From Bacilli bacterium (GTDB taxonomy: Bacteria; Bacillota_I; Bacilli_A; RF39; JBKDZI01), in contig JBKDZI010000025.1 in the NCBI GenBank assembly GCA_047971215.1, forward strand, positions 8,704 through 72,703: a stretch of 64,000 nt of DNA, given 5' to 3'. This document shows positions 18,542 to 28,564 of the stretch, in pieces (the stretch's first letter is position 1; each line of letters opens with the position of its first letter). The notes under the pieces were generated by a model. That model saw nothing but the letters and a program-made list of their open reading frames with translations. It was not told where the DNA came from and did not search any database. Position numbers and translations under genes: made by a program.

Positions 18542-18746
18542 AAATTCCTCCCTCTAAATCAGTAAATATTATAATATCTTATCATTATAGAAGAAAAAAT
18601 GCAATAGGTTTTATGAAAAAAGGTGTAAAAATTTATGTAAACTTAATTAATATCGTTGAAATTTAAATTATTATATATTTTCAAATAAAAAAACAATTAC
18701 ATATAATTATTTTATATAAATAAGCTTTTTATGCTTTTTTTCATTT

Positions 18747-18812
18747 TGGAGGGCCTAGCCGGATTTGAACCAGCGATCAGGGAGTTGCAGTTTTAGCCTC
18801 TGACCTTCATTA
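18747..18812 (-). pseudogene. Degenerate tRNA-Cys-like 3' fragment (anticodon loop, T-arm, acceptor 3' strand, CCA)
   Basis: The reverse complement ...GGCTAAAACTGCAACTCCCTGATCGCTGGTTCAAATCCGGCTAGGCCCTCCA aligns with tRNA-Cys at 18988..19062 (CTGCAAC loop, TTCAAATCC, GGCCCTCCA). It lacks a pairing anticodon stem and a 5' acceptor strand. Confidence 0.5.
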
Positions 18813-18987
18813 TCCGTCTTTGCCTTTGTTTACTTGATATTAGTTAATTTAAAGTTTCATTGAACATCATTAAATTGTATTAAAACTCATTGGTTTGTGA
18901 CATATTTAGTGACACTAATGCTTTTCTAAGTATCTAATTTATTAAATTATCGATACAGTTTTGTATCGACATATTATAATCAAAAAT

Positions 18988-19062
18988 TGGAGGGCCCGAT
19001 AGGATTTGAACCTACGCGTCGAAGAGTTGCAGTCTTCTGCCTTACCACTTGGCTACGGACCC
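18988..19062 (-). tRNA. tRNA-Cys(GCA)
   Basis: The reverse complement is GGGTCCG TA GCCAAGTGGTAAGGC A GAAGA CTGCAAC TCTTC GACGC GTAGG TTCAAAT CCTAT CGGGCCC T CCA. All four stems pair. Confidence 0.9.
19026..19055. repeat. 30-bp direct repeat (tRNA-Cys D-arm/anticodon region), left copy; the partner is at 28443..28472 (29/30 identical)
   Basis: GTTGCAGTCTTCTGCCTTACCACTTGGCTA versus GTTGCAGTCTTGTGCCTTACCACTTGGCTA. The pair brackets a roughly 9.4-kb block that carries integrase and recombinase genes. Confidence 0.7.
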
Positions 19063-19249
19063 ATTTTATATATTATATGTGATAAGATAGATTTCTTTCA
19101 CTTAATATATTATAACTTTTTTCCTAAATTTAGTCAATTGATATGGCTAAATTTCTACAATTTCCAATACATTCAATGTTTATCAATTTTTTATATATTA
19201 ATTCAGTATAGAAAATTATTTCTTCAACTAAAGTGCTAGACCATTTATA

Positions 19250-19800
19250 GTCAAGCCTAACAAGCGGTTTCTTGTAGCCATGAAGTCTTGTAATAATACT
19301 AATAATAACATAGACAATAAGAATTACTATTTTTTAATAGAAACAGACAATTCAAATAGAGATTACATTAAAACCACTGGTTTTAATGAGAAAAACCGGG
19401 CAGAGAGACCATTCCGGTTTTGAAAAGAACTGGTTATTAAGTTAGTTAATGTATTATCTAAAAACTTTTAAGTGCTTTCAGCCAATGTGGTGGTTGTTTG
19501 AGATGCTTGGAATACCTTTAAATAGGAGTTCAAAAGTTTTTAGAGAGGACAGTGATTAACTGATATTTTCGATACTTGGTCAAAACGTGTGCCAACATGC
19601 TTATTTATAGTTTTGATGGGTATTTTGCTACACGGTGAAATAAACTCCACAAAGGGAGTTTAAATGGGCAAATAGGGCGGAAATTGAGAAGATTTGTCAC
19701 ACATTTTTCAAATTCCATACTTATTATCTTTAAATTGAAAAGATACGAGTTTAATCGTATCCAGGTCATCAGTTATTATAGTAATTATACTTACATTTCA
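19250..19800. ncRNA. Candidate large structured non-coding RNA (GC-enriched, ORF-free region inside the element)
   Basis: There is no ORF longer than 60 codons on either strand across roughly 550 nt. GC content is clearly higher than in surrounding DNA. Several local hairpins are visible (for example AAAACCGGG...CCGGTTTT). Confidence 0.3.
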
Positions 19801-20184
19801 TTATCGATTTATATTAGGGTTAGTTTCATATAGAATTAACTCTTTATTTTTAGCATAAAATGCCCCAATAGCATTTCTTATGCTATCAAATAAGTCATCT
19901 TCAACATGAATTGGTTCTAATCCTTGCCCTGCTGCTTTGATTTTTTGTAAGACTTGTTTTTGTTCTTCTTTAGAAATAGCATCACTATTACATAAATTAC
20001 TATTTAAGAAGTCACAAAAGTATTCAAAGTCACTATCCCAATTTATATTTCCGTTATCTTGTGCTTCCCAAGCCAATTTTTCAATTTGTCTTAGTAACTC
20101 GCCTTGTAAATTATCTGCTTGTCCGCTTTTGGGTATAAGATTGTTCCATATATATTTGCATTCTTTAGCATATTTATATGCCAT
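19801..20184 (-). CDS. Hypothetical protein (element cargo)
   Basis: The frame is 127 aa from MAYKYAKE, with a GGAG RBS. The track ORF starts within the RBS. Confidence 0.35.
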   Translation of the reverse strand: MAYKYAKECKYIWNNLIPKSGQADNLQGELLRQIEKLAWEAQDNGNINWDSDFEYFCDFLNSNLCNSDAISKEEQKQVLQKIKAAGQGLEPIHVEDDLFDSIRNAIGAFYAKNKELILYETNPNINR

Positions 20185-20239
20185 AATATCACTCTCCATT
20201 TCTATTTTAACATATTTTTATAATTATTAATTCTATTAT

Positions 20240-20659
20240 TTAGGACAATTCATTAGGTCTAATACTCTCTATTGAAATCAAATCTTTATCATCAAAGATA
20301 AGTTTAAATACTTCTGGTGCATTAAATGGGTTCTCAAAAATCGTTTTATTTTTAAAATCTCTCGGTAATTCATCATAAGAATTAACTCCATGCGATCTTT
20401 CTCCAAAATCTTCATCAATTAAAATATCTAAATCATTTTTATTAGCAATATATTTAGCTGTTGAAATTGTTCTAACATAATTACTTGAAATAACACAATC
20501 AATATTATTAAACTCTTGTAATTCACTTAATATTTTAGCTCTTTCTTCTCCTAAAACCAATAATATATCTTTTTCATTTCTTAATTGAGGTGAATCATTT
20601 TAATTTAGTTTTTAATCTTTAAAGGTTTAGAATGTCTAATAAAATATATTGTAGTCATA
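20240..20659 (-). pseudogene. Histidine phosphatase (phosphoglycerate mutase-like) family gene disrupted by a frameshift/stop
   Basis: The N-terminal piece MTTIYFIRHSKP (RHG-type motif) terminates after 17 codons. The remaining 106 aa continue in another frame. Confidence 0.5.
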
Positions 20660-20673
20660 AATTAATCGACACC

Positions 20674-22543
20674 TCACATTCTACGCTTATTACTTTGTTC
20701 TTCATAAAAATTAGAATCATTATCTGCCATTTGATTTTGCTGTTCTAATTCCATTCTTTTTTGAACTTCTAGTAAATCAAGTTTAGCAGTCTTTAATAGT
20801 TCGATTTCTTGATTAACAACTTTAGATGGTAAAACCTTTTGAGAAGTATCAGATATAATTTTGCTTGTTTCTTGCTGTTGAAGTGGAAGTAATCTTACTT
20901 GTGATGATATTACATCAAAGCATTTATCATGCTCAAAAAAGGGGATATCTATATATAAATCATTATCACTTTCTCTTACTTTCGCCCCAGATTTTTTAGC
21001 TTCTTTAATTATAGCCTTTTGTATTTCACAAGGAATATTATTCTTAGAAAAAGAAAAATATCCACCATTAGTATCGTGTCCTGCACAGGCTCCAGTAGAA
21101 GTTAATCCTCTTTGAGCAAAACTACTCAATAGGTTTTCAAGAGAAGGTAAATCCTCTGAAAATTCTCGTATTGCTAGTTGTCTTTCATTTTCATCTAATT
21201 TACTTATATCTACATTTGGCTTTCCCTTTGCATAAGAATTTTTCTCATACCTACTTGAAAAGTCAAGCCTGTCTGTAATTTGAGAAGCATCAATTTGAGA
21301 AACAATTTTTATCTCATCTTTAGTTGCAACAATATAATTATTCTCGGTAGTTTGACAGATAAATTCACCATTTTTTGTTTTATGGATATTTTCAAAGCCA
21401 ATATCTGAATGAACTGTTTGTTCTTTATCGCCCCATTGAAAAGTTATATCATGCAATTTCGGGGCAAAACTAGGATCGGAGAGTGGAATTGAATAATTTT
21501 CAATGTGTTCAATAGTGCTTGGAAGTGTCAGTTTTTCTAGAGTAGGTGTAAACATAAGTGCAAATTGTTCTAATTGTAAAACTCCACTAGGAACTCTTAA
21601 ACTTTTTATTCCTCTGCACTTTTTCTTTTTGCATATCAATTTGACATATAGCATTTGTGTTTACCATTCCTAAATCTATACTAACAGCTTTACCGCTTGT
21701 GGATTTAATAATCGTTTGGGAATTCTGAAATGATATTTCAGCAAAATCTCCCCTACGAATTTGAAAAGTATATGGAATACCATTATGCGTCTTTTTAATG
21801 GTTAAAATACTATTTTCCTGTGCTTCAAAAACTCCATTTGATCCATCATATTTGCTATTACCTCTTTTACTACTGCCTGAGCGAGCTTCCAGTGATGTTT
21901 GAAATGGCACTTTAAAACTATCTGGCAATTCTACATATTCTAAACCATTTAGATTACGAAAAGCATTATTTCCAGATTTTTCGACTCCTTCATGTAATAT
22001 TAAAGTCTTTATATTCTTACATTGATTTATAAAATTAGATGGTAATTCTTTTATTGAACCAGCTACTTCAACACGAATTAAATTTGTATCGTGCGATGCA
22101 TACATATTACCTAAAGATTTGATATTATTTCCAAGTACGAGATTTTGAACTTCTGGATACATACCAGTTCCTAAATATTCAATAGTGACAGGTAAATTAT
22201 ATTGTGTTCTTGTTGAGTCAAGAGAATTATTTCCTAAAGTTTTAATACCATTAGGTAATGTTACTTTTTTTAGATTAGAGAAAGCCGCTTCGAAAGTAAA
22301 ATATCCATCTGGAATTTTTGTTATACTTCCATCTCCAAAATTTATTTCAGTTGCTCCAGACATACCCGCCAAAGCTTTGTTAGCAATCATATTAAGGTTC
22401 GGATCAAGCTGCTTAACTTCTTTTGGAATATTATAAACTTGTAATCCTTTAGGAACATCAACTAACATTCCAGTCAATTGATCTATAATATATCCATTAA
22501 TATCTTTTAATTGTTGTTTTGGTTTTCTATCAAATATTCCCAT
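20674..22543 (-). pseudogene. BspA-type leucine-rich-repeat surface-like protein, split into two overlapping ORFs (21587..22543 and 20674..21654)
   Basis: The upstream ORF carries LRR_5-like repeats (NIKSLGNxxF...LxxVxLPxSIxxIG pattern). The two ORFs overlap by 68 nt in different frames, consistent with a frameshift in a T-rich stretch. Confidence 0.4.
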
Positions 22544-22717
22544 TTTTTCACCTACTAATTCCTTTAAATTTGTGCATAATCATTTGTTGCTAGATAATCT
22601 ATTATTAGTATATCATTATTTTGGTTTTTTTCTCCCTATTTAACAAGCATTTTACTAAAAATTATGTAAAACGTTTGTAGTAAATTTATATATTTAAATA
22701 GTTATTGAGGAGTTGCT

Positions 22718-23383
22718 ATGAACGAACTATATGAGGCTGTAGAAAAATGTTTTTCTAATGATGTTGTTTTGGCCGATATTGAGAAGACTTTGAGAAACGA
22801 GTTTCTTGCTGCTAAAGCAAGATACAAACGAGTCCAAGATTATCCAGTAATTGCTAGTAATTATATGGATCATATCACTTCTAAGACTGATTTATCCAAA
22901 CTAAACAAAAGAAAAGATGTTTTAGCTTTTAGGATTGTATTTGAGAATGGCGAAGAAATTTATCTTGATAAGAATGTTGTTGATAATTGGTTTTTTGATG
23001 GAGTAAATGATTCAGAAGATGCTGATGATACTATTTATGATGCTTCTGGAGTTGACATTATAAGAAAGGGTTTAGTTTTTAAGGAGGGCTTTTTGAAGTT
23101 GAAATTATCTATTTTAAGTCATTTATATACAGTTGATGGTATTGAAAGTGGACAGATTGATCCTAATGCAATTGATAGATTAACTGAAAAGATGGATATA
23201 ACTCATATTCTTCTTAAACTAGATAAAGATTCTCCGAGTGAACTTTCATTATTAGTCCCTTATGTTGATAGAACTGATTGCCCACCTATTAGTCTCACTA
23301 TTCCAGCTGTTTTCGAGAACAAGTCCCAGTTTATTACTTATGATGATGATTACTTGTATATTCAGTGGTTAATTTTAAAATAA
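22718..23383 (+). CDS. Hypothetical protein (element cargo)
   Basis: This 221-aa ORF has no recognisable motif. Confidence 0.3.
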   Translation: MNELYEAVEKCFSNDVVLADIEKTLRNEFLAAKARYKRVQDYPVIASNYMDHITSKTDLSKLNKRKDVLAFRIVFENGEEIYLDKNVVDNWFFDGVNDSEDADDTIYDASGVDIIRKGLVFKEGFLKLKLSILSHLYTVDGIESGQIDPNAIDRLTEKMDITHILLKLDKDSPSELSLLVPYVDRTDCPPISLTIPAVFENKSQFITYDDDYLYIQWLILK

Positions 23384-23675
23384 GTTGAAAGGAAGCTGTA
23401 ATTATTGCTTAATCATGGTTAAACATAGATAGAGGTAATTTAATGCCTAATCAAGTGGTTACTACTGGTAATTGAGTTAGATATAAGACTCATTGATAAA
23501 GGGTTCAATTATTGCTCTTATTTTTTTACCTAAGGGTGTCAAATTAAACAATTGATTAAATAGACATTGGTAATTAGAGTCAATACTTGGTGATTAAGGT
23601 GTTAAAAGTGCTTCATTAGTCTAATTATTAAAAAAGATGATTGATTAGACACTTAGGAGAAAGGATGGATTTTAT

Positions 23676-24278
23676 ATGTTTGTAGAGACTGGCACTGAAT
23701 ACGGATATGCGAGAGTATCCACTAATAGGCAAGATGGGGCTTATGAGATGACTGCTTTACTAAATGCAGGAGTCAAGCAGTCAAATATTTTCTTTGAAAA
23801 AGAAAGTGGTAGTAATGAATCTAGAGAAAAGTTTAATGAATTACTTGGAATAGTTAAAGCTGGTGACACGATTCGTTCTACTGAGATTACTCGTATTGCT
23901 AGAAATATGCGCAACCTTATAGATATTGTGGAGCTTACAAATAAATTAAAACTTAGGCTTATTATAGGTAACTTAGTTGTTGATTGTAGAACCGATGAAT
24001 TAGATCCTATTACTGAAGTTACTTTATTAGTAATTGGTATGTTTGGGATGTTCGATTTAAAGATGAAGAAGCATCAAATTATGCTTGGGCTTGAGAATGC
24101 TGTTGCTTCTGGCAATAAATTAGGTAGAAAGTTTAAAACTAAAGATGATATTGATGAGAAGTTTTATAAATACTACTCGCAATACAAAAATAATCAAATA
24201 AATCTAACTGAATTATCTAAACTCTCTGGAGTATGCAGACAGACTTGTTATAATTTGATTGATCTTATTGAAAGTTAA
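23676..24278 (+). CDS. Serine recombinase (resolvase/invertase family)
   Basis: The N-terminal catalytic motif YGYARVSTNRQD contains the active-site serine. The length of about 200 aa, with a C-terminal HTH, fits the family. Confidence 0.75.
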   Translation: MFVETGTEYGYARVSTNRQDGAYEMTALLNAGVKQSNIFFEKESGSNESREKFNELLGIVKAGDTIRSTEITRIARNMRNLIDIVELTNKLKLRLIIGNLVVDCRTDELDPITEVTLLVIGMFGMFDLKMKKHQIMLGLENAVASGNKLGRKFKTKDDIDEKFYKYYSQYKNNQINLTELSKLSGVCRQTCYNLIDLIES

Positions 24279-24324
24279 AAGAAGTTACTCATTTGTGAGT
24301 AGCTTCTTTTTTCTTTTATAATAT

Positions 24325-24984
24325 TTAATCTACATCATAATATGTTGCATTATCATATAGGATTCTTCTAAGAGTGAAGGTATCGTCATCGATTTTGGGG
24401 AACTTTTCTTTAATCATATTAATAATTTTATCCTTATCTCTAGTATATTTACTAAATTCTTCATCATAAAAGCTAGCGATTTCTTCTTTATTCGCCCAAA
24501 GCCAAGAATTATCGTTATTCATTTGTTTTATTGTTCTATTTACTGAATCTTTTGTATGACATTTAATATAACGACCATTAACTTTTTTAAAATTATATTT
24601 TCTAAAAAAATAACCTATTCGATTTGAACTTATATCAGTATCAAATAACTCTTTTATTTTTTTTGCTGCTTCTTTATGTGTAGTTATATTATTTTTCTTA
24701 AAAACTTTTCCTATTTCATATTCATACTCTAGGAGCTTAGGAACATTTGTAGGTTTATGCTTTCTTTTCCATATTTTTTTGTTATATTTCGAAACATAGT
24801 ATGATATAGATCTCCTACTGGCACCTGTTTTGTTTGTTATATAAGTTATATCTTTCCCTTCAGAATATAAAAGAAGCACATTACACATTTTTTCTAATCT
24901 TTCATTTTGAGTTCCCCTAAGTGTTTCTTCTAATGACTTTTTTTGATATTCAGTTAATTTAAAATTTCTTCTTGCTTTTCTCAT
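24325..24984 (-). CDS. Hypothetical DNA-binding protein (N-terminal HTH, transposase-like)
   Basis: The frame is 219 aa. The N-terminal region LTEYQKKSLEETLRG...ITYITNKTGASRRSISYYVSKY looks like an HTH. Confidence 0.3.
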   Translation of the reverse strand: MRKARRNFKLTEYQKKSLEETLRGTQNERLEKMCNVLLLYSEGKDITYITNKTGASRRSISYYVSKYNKKIWKRKHKPTNVPKLLEYEYEIGKVFKKNNITTHKEAAKKIKELFDTDISSNRIGYFFRKYNFKKVNGRYIKCHTKDSVNRTIKQMNNDNSWLWANKEEIASFYDEEFSKYTRDKDKIINMIKEKFPKIDDDTFTLRRILYDNATYYDVD

Positions 24985-25156
24985 ATTTTTTCCTCTAACA
25001 CCAATTATACTTCAAAAACGGATAGCGAGCAATATAATCCGTTTTTTTATGAACTGATTTTCCTCGCTACGGTTTTAACCCTTTATATATAAAGTTCTAC
25101 AAAGGGGTAAAAATATTAAAAAGTTTTTATTTTACTGTGAAAGGAGAAAAACGAAC

Positions 25157-25276
25157 ATGGCAAATCAAATTAACGAACACAGTGGTTGTGGGTCCGGGGC
25201 TCATTATGCCCATTTTGCTCGCTCATGTTTTAGTAGGCATAAGAAATGCCAAACAAAGTTGTTGATGCTCAACTAA
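25157..25276 (+). CDS. Small Cys/His-rich peptide (39 aa), candidate sORF upstream of the RecA-like gene
   Basis: The peptide is MANQINEHSGCGSGAHYAHFARSCFSRHKKCQTKLLMLN. An AAAGGAGA RBS lies 9 nt upstream. Confidence 0.25.
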   Translation: MANQINEHSGCGSGAHYAHFARSCFSRHKKCQTKLLMLN

Positions 25277-25306
25277 AAAGTATCGTTACAGTAAGAGGAG
25301 AATTAA

Positions 25307-26371
25307 ATGAAAAGTAATAAGAAAACTACAGGTGGAACTAGCTTAGCTGATTTGGCTAATTCTCTACCTAACTATTTTAGTGATACTACAATAGTGAAAT
25401 CAGGAATATATTCATTGGATTATTTACTTAAAGGGGGATTACAACTTGGATCATTCATTCAGTTTGTAGCGGAGTCTGGAATTGGAAAATCAACTATCGC
25501 ACTACAAGTTGCTAGTAATCTATGTGAGCAAGGTCATAAGGTTTTATATCTCGATAGCGAGGGTTCAGTAACTAATAAAACGTTGGAATCTACTGGAGTT
25601 TCTAAATATCTTAATAATGGGTTTTATTATGTAAGAGAATCCACTTTTGATAAAGTAGAAAAAAAATTAGATAGATTTATATCAACAAATGAAATATCAG
25701 TTATTATGATTGATTCAATAGCCAATCTAATCAATGAGGGTTTTACTAATTTAAATGATGGTATTTCCATCACAAATAACAATACCAATAATATTAGTGG
25801 CCCATTGGTTAAGTTTATCAATAAATATAAATCAGTAGCTACAAGTTGCAATATCTGTTTCGTGTTAGTAAATCAGTATAGAAATACAATAAACATGAAG
25901 ATAGGAACCCAATTAAAAGAATATGGTTCAAAGAATGTCAGATATGCTTCAGATGTCATTATAAAAATAAACGGGATTAAGTCATTTGGATCAGCAAGAG
26001 ACTTTAAAAATTTAACTAATAGTGCTGATGCAGGGATTGCATTGGAATTAGAAATTGTTAAGAGTAATAAGTCGAGACCTGGTACTATTATGCCTGCTTA
26101 TCTAATTTATGGTAAGGGAATAGACAACATGTGGAATTGGGTTTATGAACTTAAAAAGGCGGATGTCATTAAGCAGGCTGGTAAATATTTCTCTTTAGAT
26201 TATGTGGGGAACCAAATAAAGGAAGATGGTATGCCTAATTTCGTTAGAGCACTAGAAAGCACAGAGTTTAGTGTTGATGACTTTACTAACCTAATGCCAG
26301 TTGGTGATGATTTTGATGGTGAGTTTACTCTTGAATTTTCAACTTCGGCAGATGATGGTGGTGAATTATGA
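25307..26371 (+). CDS. RecA-family recombinase/ATPase (divergent, mobile-element encoded)
   Basis: Walker A is AESGIGKSTIALQ. An L2-like region NQYRNTINMKIGTQLKEYGSKNVRYASDVII parallels RecA NQIRMKIGVMFG...ALKFYASVRLDI. The C-terminal tail is acidic (DDFDGEFTLEFSTSADDGGEL). Confidence 0.7.
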   Translation: MKSNKKTTGGTSLADLANSLPNYFSDTTIVKSGIYSLDYLLKGGLQLGSFIQFVAESGIGKSTIALQVASNLCEQGHKVLYLDSEGSVTNKTLESTGVSKYLNNGFYYVRESTFDKVEKKLDRFISTNEISVIMIDSIANLINEGFTNLNDGISITNNNTNNISGPLVKFINKYKSVATSCNICFVLVNQYRNTINMKIGTQLKEYGSKNVRYASDVIIKINGIKSFGSARDFKNLTNSADAGIALELEIVKSNKSRPGTIMPAYLIYGKGIDNMWNWVYELKKADVIKQAGKYFSLDYVGNQIKEDGMPNFVRALESTEFSVDDFTNLMPVGDDFDGEFTLEFSTSADDGGEL

Positions 26372-27093
26372 GCTATGGTTATTTTAAACCTCAATATGGA
26401 GGTAATTTACAAAAGGGCTCTTTAGAGGGACAATATAAATATCTAAAAAGGATTCCAAACATTAGAGTTTACTATGATCATTATGGAAAAGGTAGTCCTC
26501 ACTTTTCAAATCTGATGAAGAAGTTAAGTGAGGGTGATTCCTTATATGTAACCAATGTAAGAGATTTAGGTAAAACTAATAATGGTGTTTTTACAAACTT
26601 CTTAACACTAAAGTCATTAAAGGTTAATTTATTTATCAATGACAAAAAGATTGATATAGATGGACTCTTTAATGAAATTGATACGATGAAAAAGTTTAAT
26701 TATGCGCATACCAAAGGACAACTCCGAGATATCGACATAGTTGATGCTACCATGCTCAAATATATATATAGTTTTATAGAGAATAAAGGAAAGAAAGTGA
26801 ATTTTGAAAATGTAAATATAGCTGATTTGTTATTAGCACTTGGAGAACAACTTAAAAGTTCTCAAAAACAAAAAGATAGTGCTTCTATTGTTATAAGCAA
26901 GGAACTACTATCTTCAAAGGAAGTATGTGAGTTATATCCATGCTTTACCGATGATAATGCCTTAAGAAAGGCTACAGATAAGGGATTGCCTTATCTGAAA
27001 ACTGGCAGACATAGATTTTATAGAAGAATTGATATTGATGGATGGCTTGATAAACAAATTATTATTGAGGGAAATCAGTTGATGTTTGATTGA
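26368..27093 (+). CDS. Protein with a C-terminal excisionase-type HTH domain (Xis-like)
   Basis: The C-terminal segment LYPCFTDDNALRKATDKGLPYLKTGRHRFYRRIDIDGWL matches the Xis/MerR-type HTH_17 pattern (LPxxKxGRxxxFxxxDIDxWL). It sits immediately upstream of the integrase. Confidence 0.45.
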   Translation: MSYGYFKPQYGGNLQKGSLEGQYKYLKRIPNIRVYYDHYGKGSPHFSNLMKKLSEGDSLYVTNVRDLGKTNNGVFTNFLTLKSLKVNLFINDKKIDIDGLFNEIDTMKKFNYAHTKGQLRDIDIVDATMLKYIYSFIENKGKKVNFENVNIADLLLALGEQLKSSQKQKDSASIVISKELLSSKEVCELYPCFTDDNALRKATDKGLPYLKTGRHRFYRRIDIDGWLDKQIIIEGNQLMFD

Positions 27094-27128
27094 ATATACG
27101 TCACAAATAGAAAAGAAAGGAAGATTTT

Positions 27129-28329
27129 ATGATAAATATTCTAGATACAAAGTATATAAAAGACAAAGGAAACGGAACCTACAGAATTAGGTTTCGTATT
27201 CCTGATGCTTTTGGTAAGAAAAACGATTGGTTCACTAGGCAAATCAAAAATAGCACCATAGAAGATGCTATTCAATTAAGAGATGCTGCTCTAAAAGAAC
27301 TTGCAGAAAAAGGTCAGATTGATAGTACTATGAGAGTAAAGGCTTGTGCTGAACTGTGGATGAATCAAGTAGCTGAAAATATAAATGCAGGTTCTACTAT
27401 TGATGACAAGAAATCTAAACTAACAAATCATATTCTACCATATATGGGTGAAGATAGAATGTGTGATGTTAATCGGGAACGTATTCAAGGGTTAATTAAT
27501 ACTCTTAAGAAGAAAGATTCTCAAAGACATGATAGTAATGGTAAAACAATAAAGTTAAGCTCTACCACTATCAAAAATATTTATAGCATTGTTCGTGCTA
27601 TGTTTGCATGGGCGGCTGATGAAGATATTAACATTATTGAAGTTACACCTTGTAGAAAGATTTATTTACCAGAAGTAGATGAGTATGATAAAGAGGTTTT
27701 TGATACAGAAGAAATAGATAGATTACTTGATGCTATTATTAAGCTTCCTATTCAAAGACAGTGTTTATATTTAATTCCACTGTTTTGTGGTCTTCGTAGA
27801 GGTGAAGTTGCAGGTCTAAGATGGAAAGATATTGATTTTGAACATCAAAAGATTCATATTAGAAAGTCATTATCTATAACAAAATCTAAAGGTACGGAAC
27901 TTAAGAAACCCAAGAGCAAAAAAGACCGAACAACTGGAATGAACGATTGGGTGAAAGATAGTCTTTTGCAGCTCAAGGAGGAGCAGCGGAAATTAAAAAC
28001 ATCAATGGGTAAGTTCTATAAAGATAGTGAAATGGTTTTTACTGATGAATATGGTGGATATTTAACTCCAAATGCTATTATGGAGAAGATTTATAAAGAA
28101 ACATAATTTAAAACATGTAGTTTATCACGGTTTAAGAGCAAGCTATGCGTCTTATCTATATAATCGCGGGATACCAATTAAAGAAATATCCGAATCGCTA
28201 GGTCATAGTAAGACTAGAACAACAGATAAATATTATTTAATAACTGATAGTAATACGAATACCCGTATTTCAGAAGTTACAAATGATTTTAAGAGACCTA
28301 GAACAATAGTGACAACTACCTCTGATTAG
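27129..28329 (+). pseudogene. Tyrosine integrase disrupted by a frameshift (ORFs 27129..28106 and 28072..28329)
   Basis: The first ORF carries the N-terminal SAM-like domain and catalytic Arg (LRRGEVAGLRWKDID). The second ORF carries HGLRASYASYL and LGHSKTRTTDKYY (H-x-x-R and catalytic Tyr). The frame switch lies near ATTATGGAGAAGA, with no homopolymer involved. Confidence 0.8.
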
Positions 28330-28442
28330 AGCAAGGCTTGGGACACTTTTTGTGACATTTTTCATAATAAAAGAGTTTGTTATTTCACAAACCCTTATAA
28401 ACACTAGCTTAAATTGACGCTATCAACAAACATGTCCAATTT

Positions 28443-28490
28443 GTTGCAGTCTTGTGCCTTACCACTTGGCTATAGACTCATTACACCGAT
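28443..28490 (-). pseudogene. tRNA-Cys 5'-half fragment (right att-like repeat of the element)
   Basis: The reverse complement TGAGTCTATAGCCAAGTGGTAAGGCACAAGACTGCAAC matches the D-arm/anticodon part of tRNA-Cys. The acceptor 5' strand diverges. The sequence after the anticodon loop is not tRNA. Confidence 0.65.
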
Positions 28491-28564
28491 AACTATATCA
28501 AAAATAAAATATCTTTTCAATATATTTTATGATGTTTATACAAAAAGTTTCATATTTTTAAAAA

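Larger units (their letters stand above)
19063..28490. mobile_element. Degenerate integrative element (about 9.4 kb) inserted at tRNA-Cys, with an att-like crossover in the anticodon loop
   Basis: It is bounded by the intact tRNA-Cys and a tRNA-Cys 5'-half fragment (28443..28490). It contains a tyrosine integrase (frameshifted) next to the fragment, an Xis-like HTH protein, a RecA-like ATPase, a serine recombinase, and cargo ORFs including pseudogenes. Confidence 0.6.

Noticed and set aside
19006-19239. ORF 19006..19239(+) overlaps tRNA-Cys.
   Set aside because: It overlaps the tRNA gene on the opposite strand and has no RBS. It is spurious.
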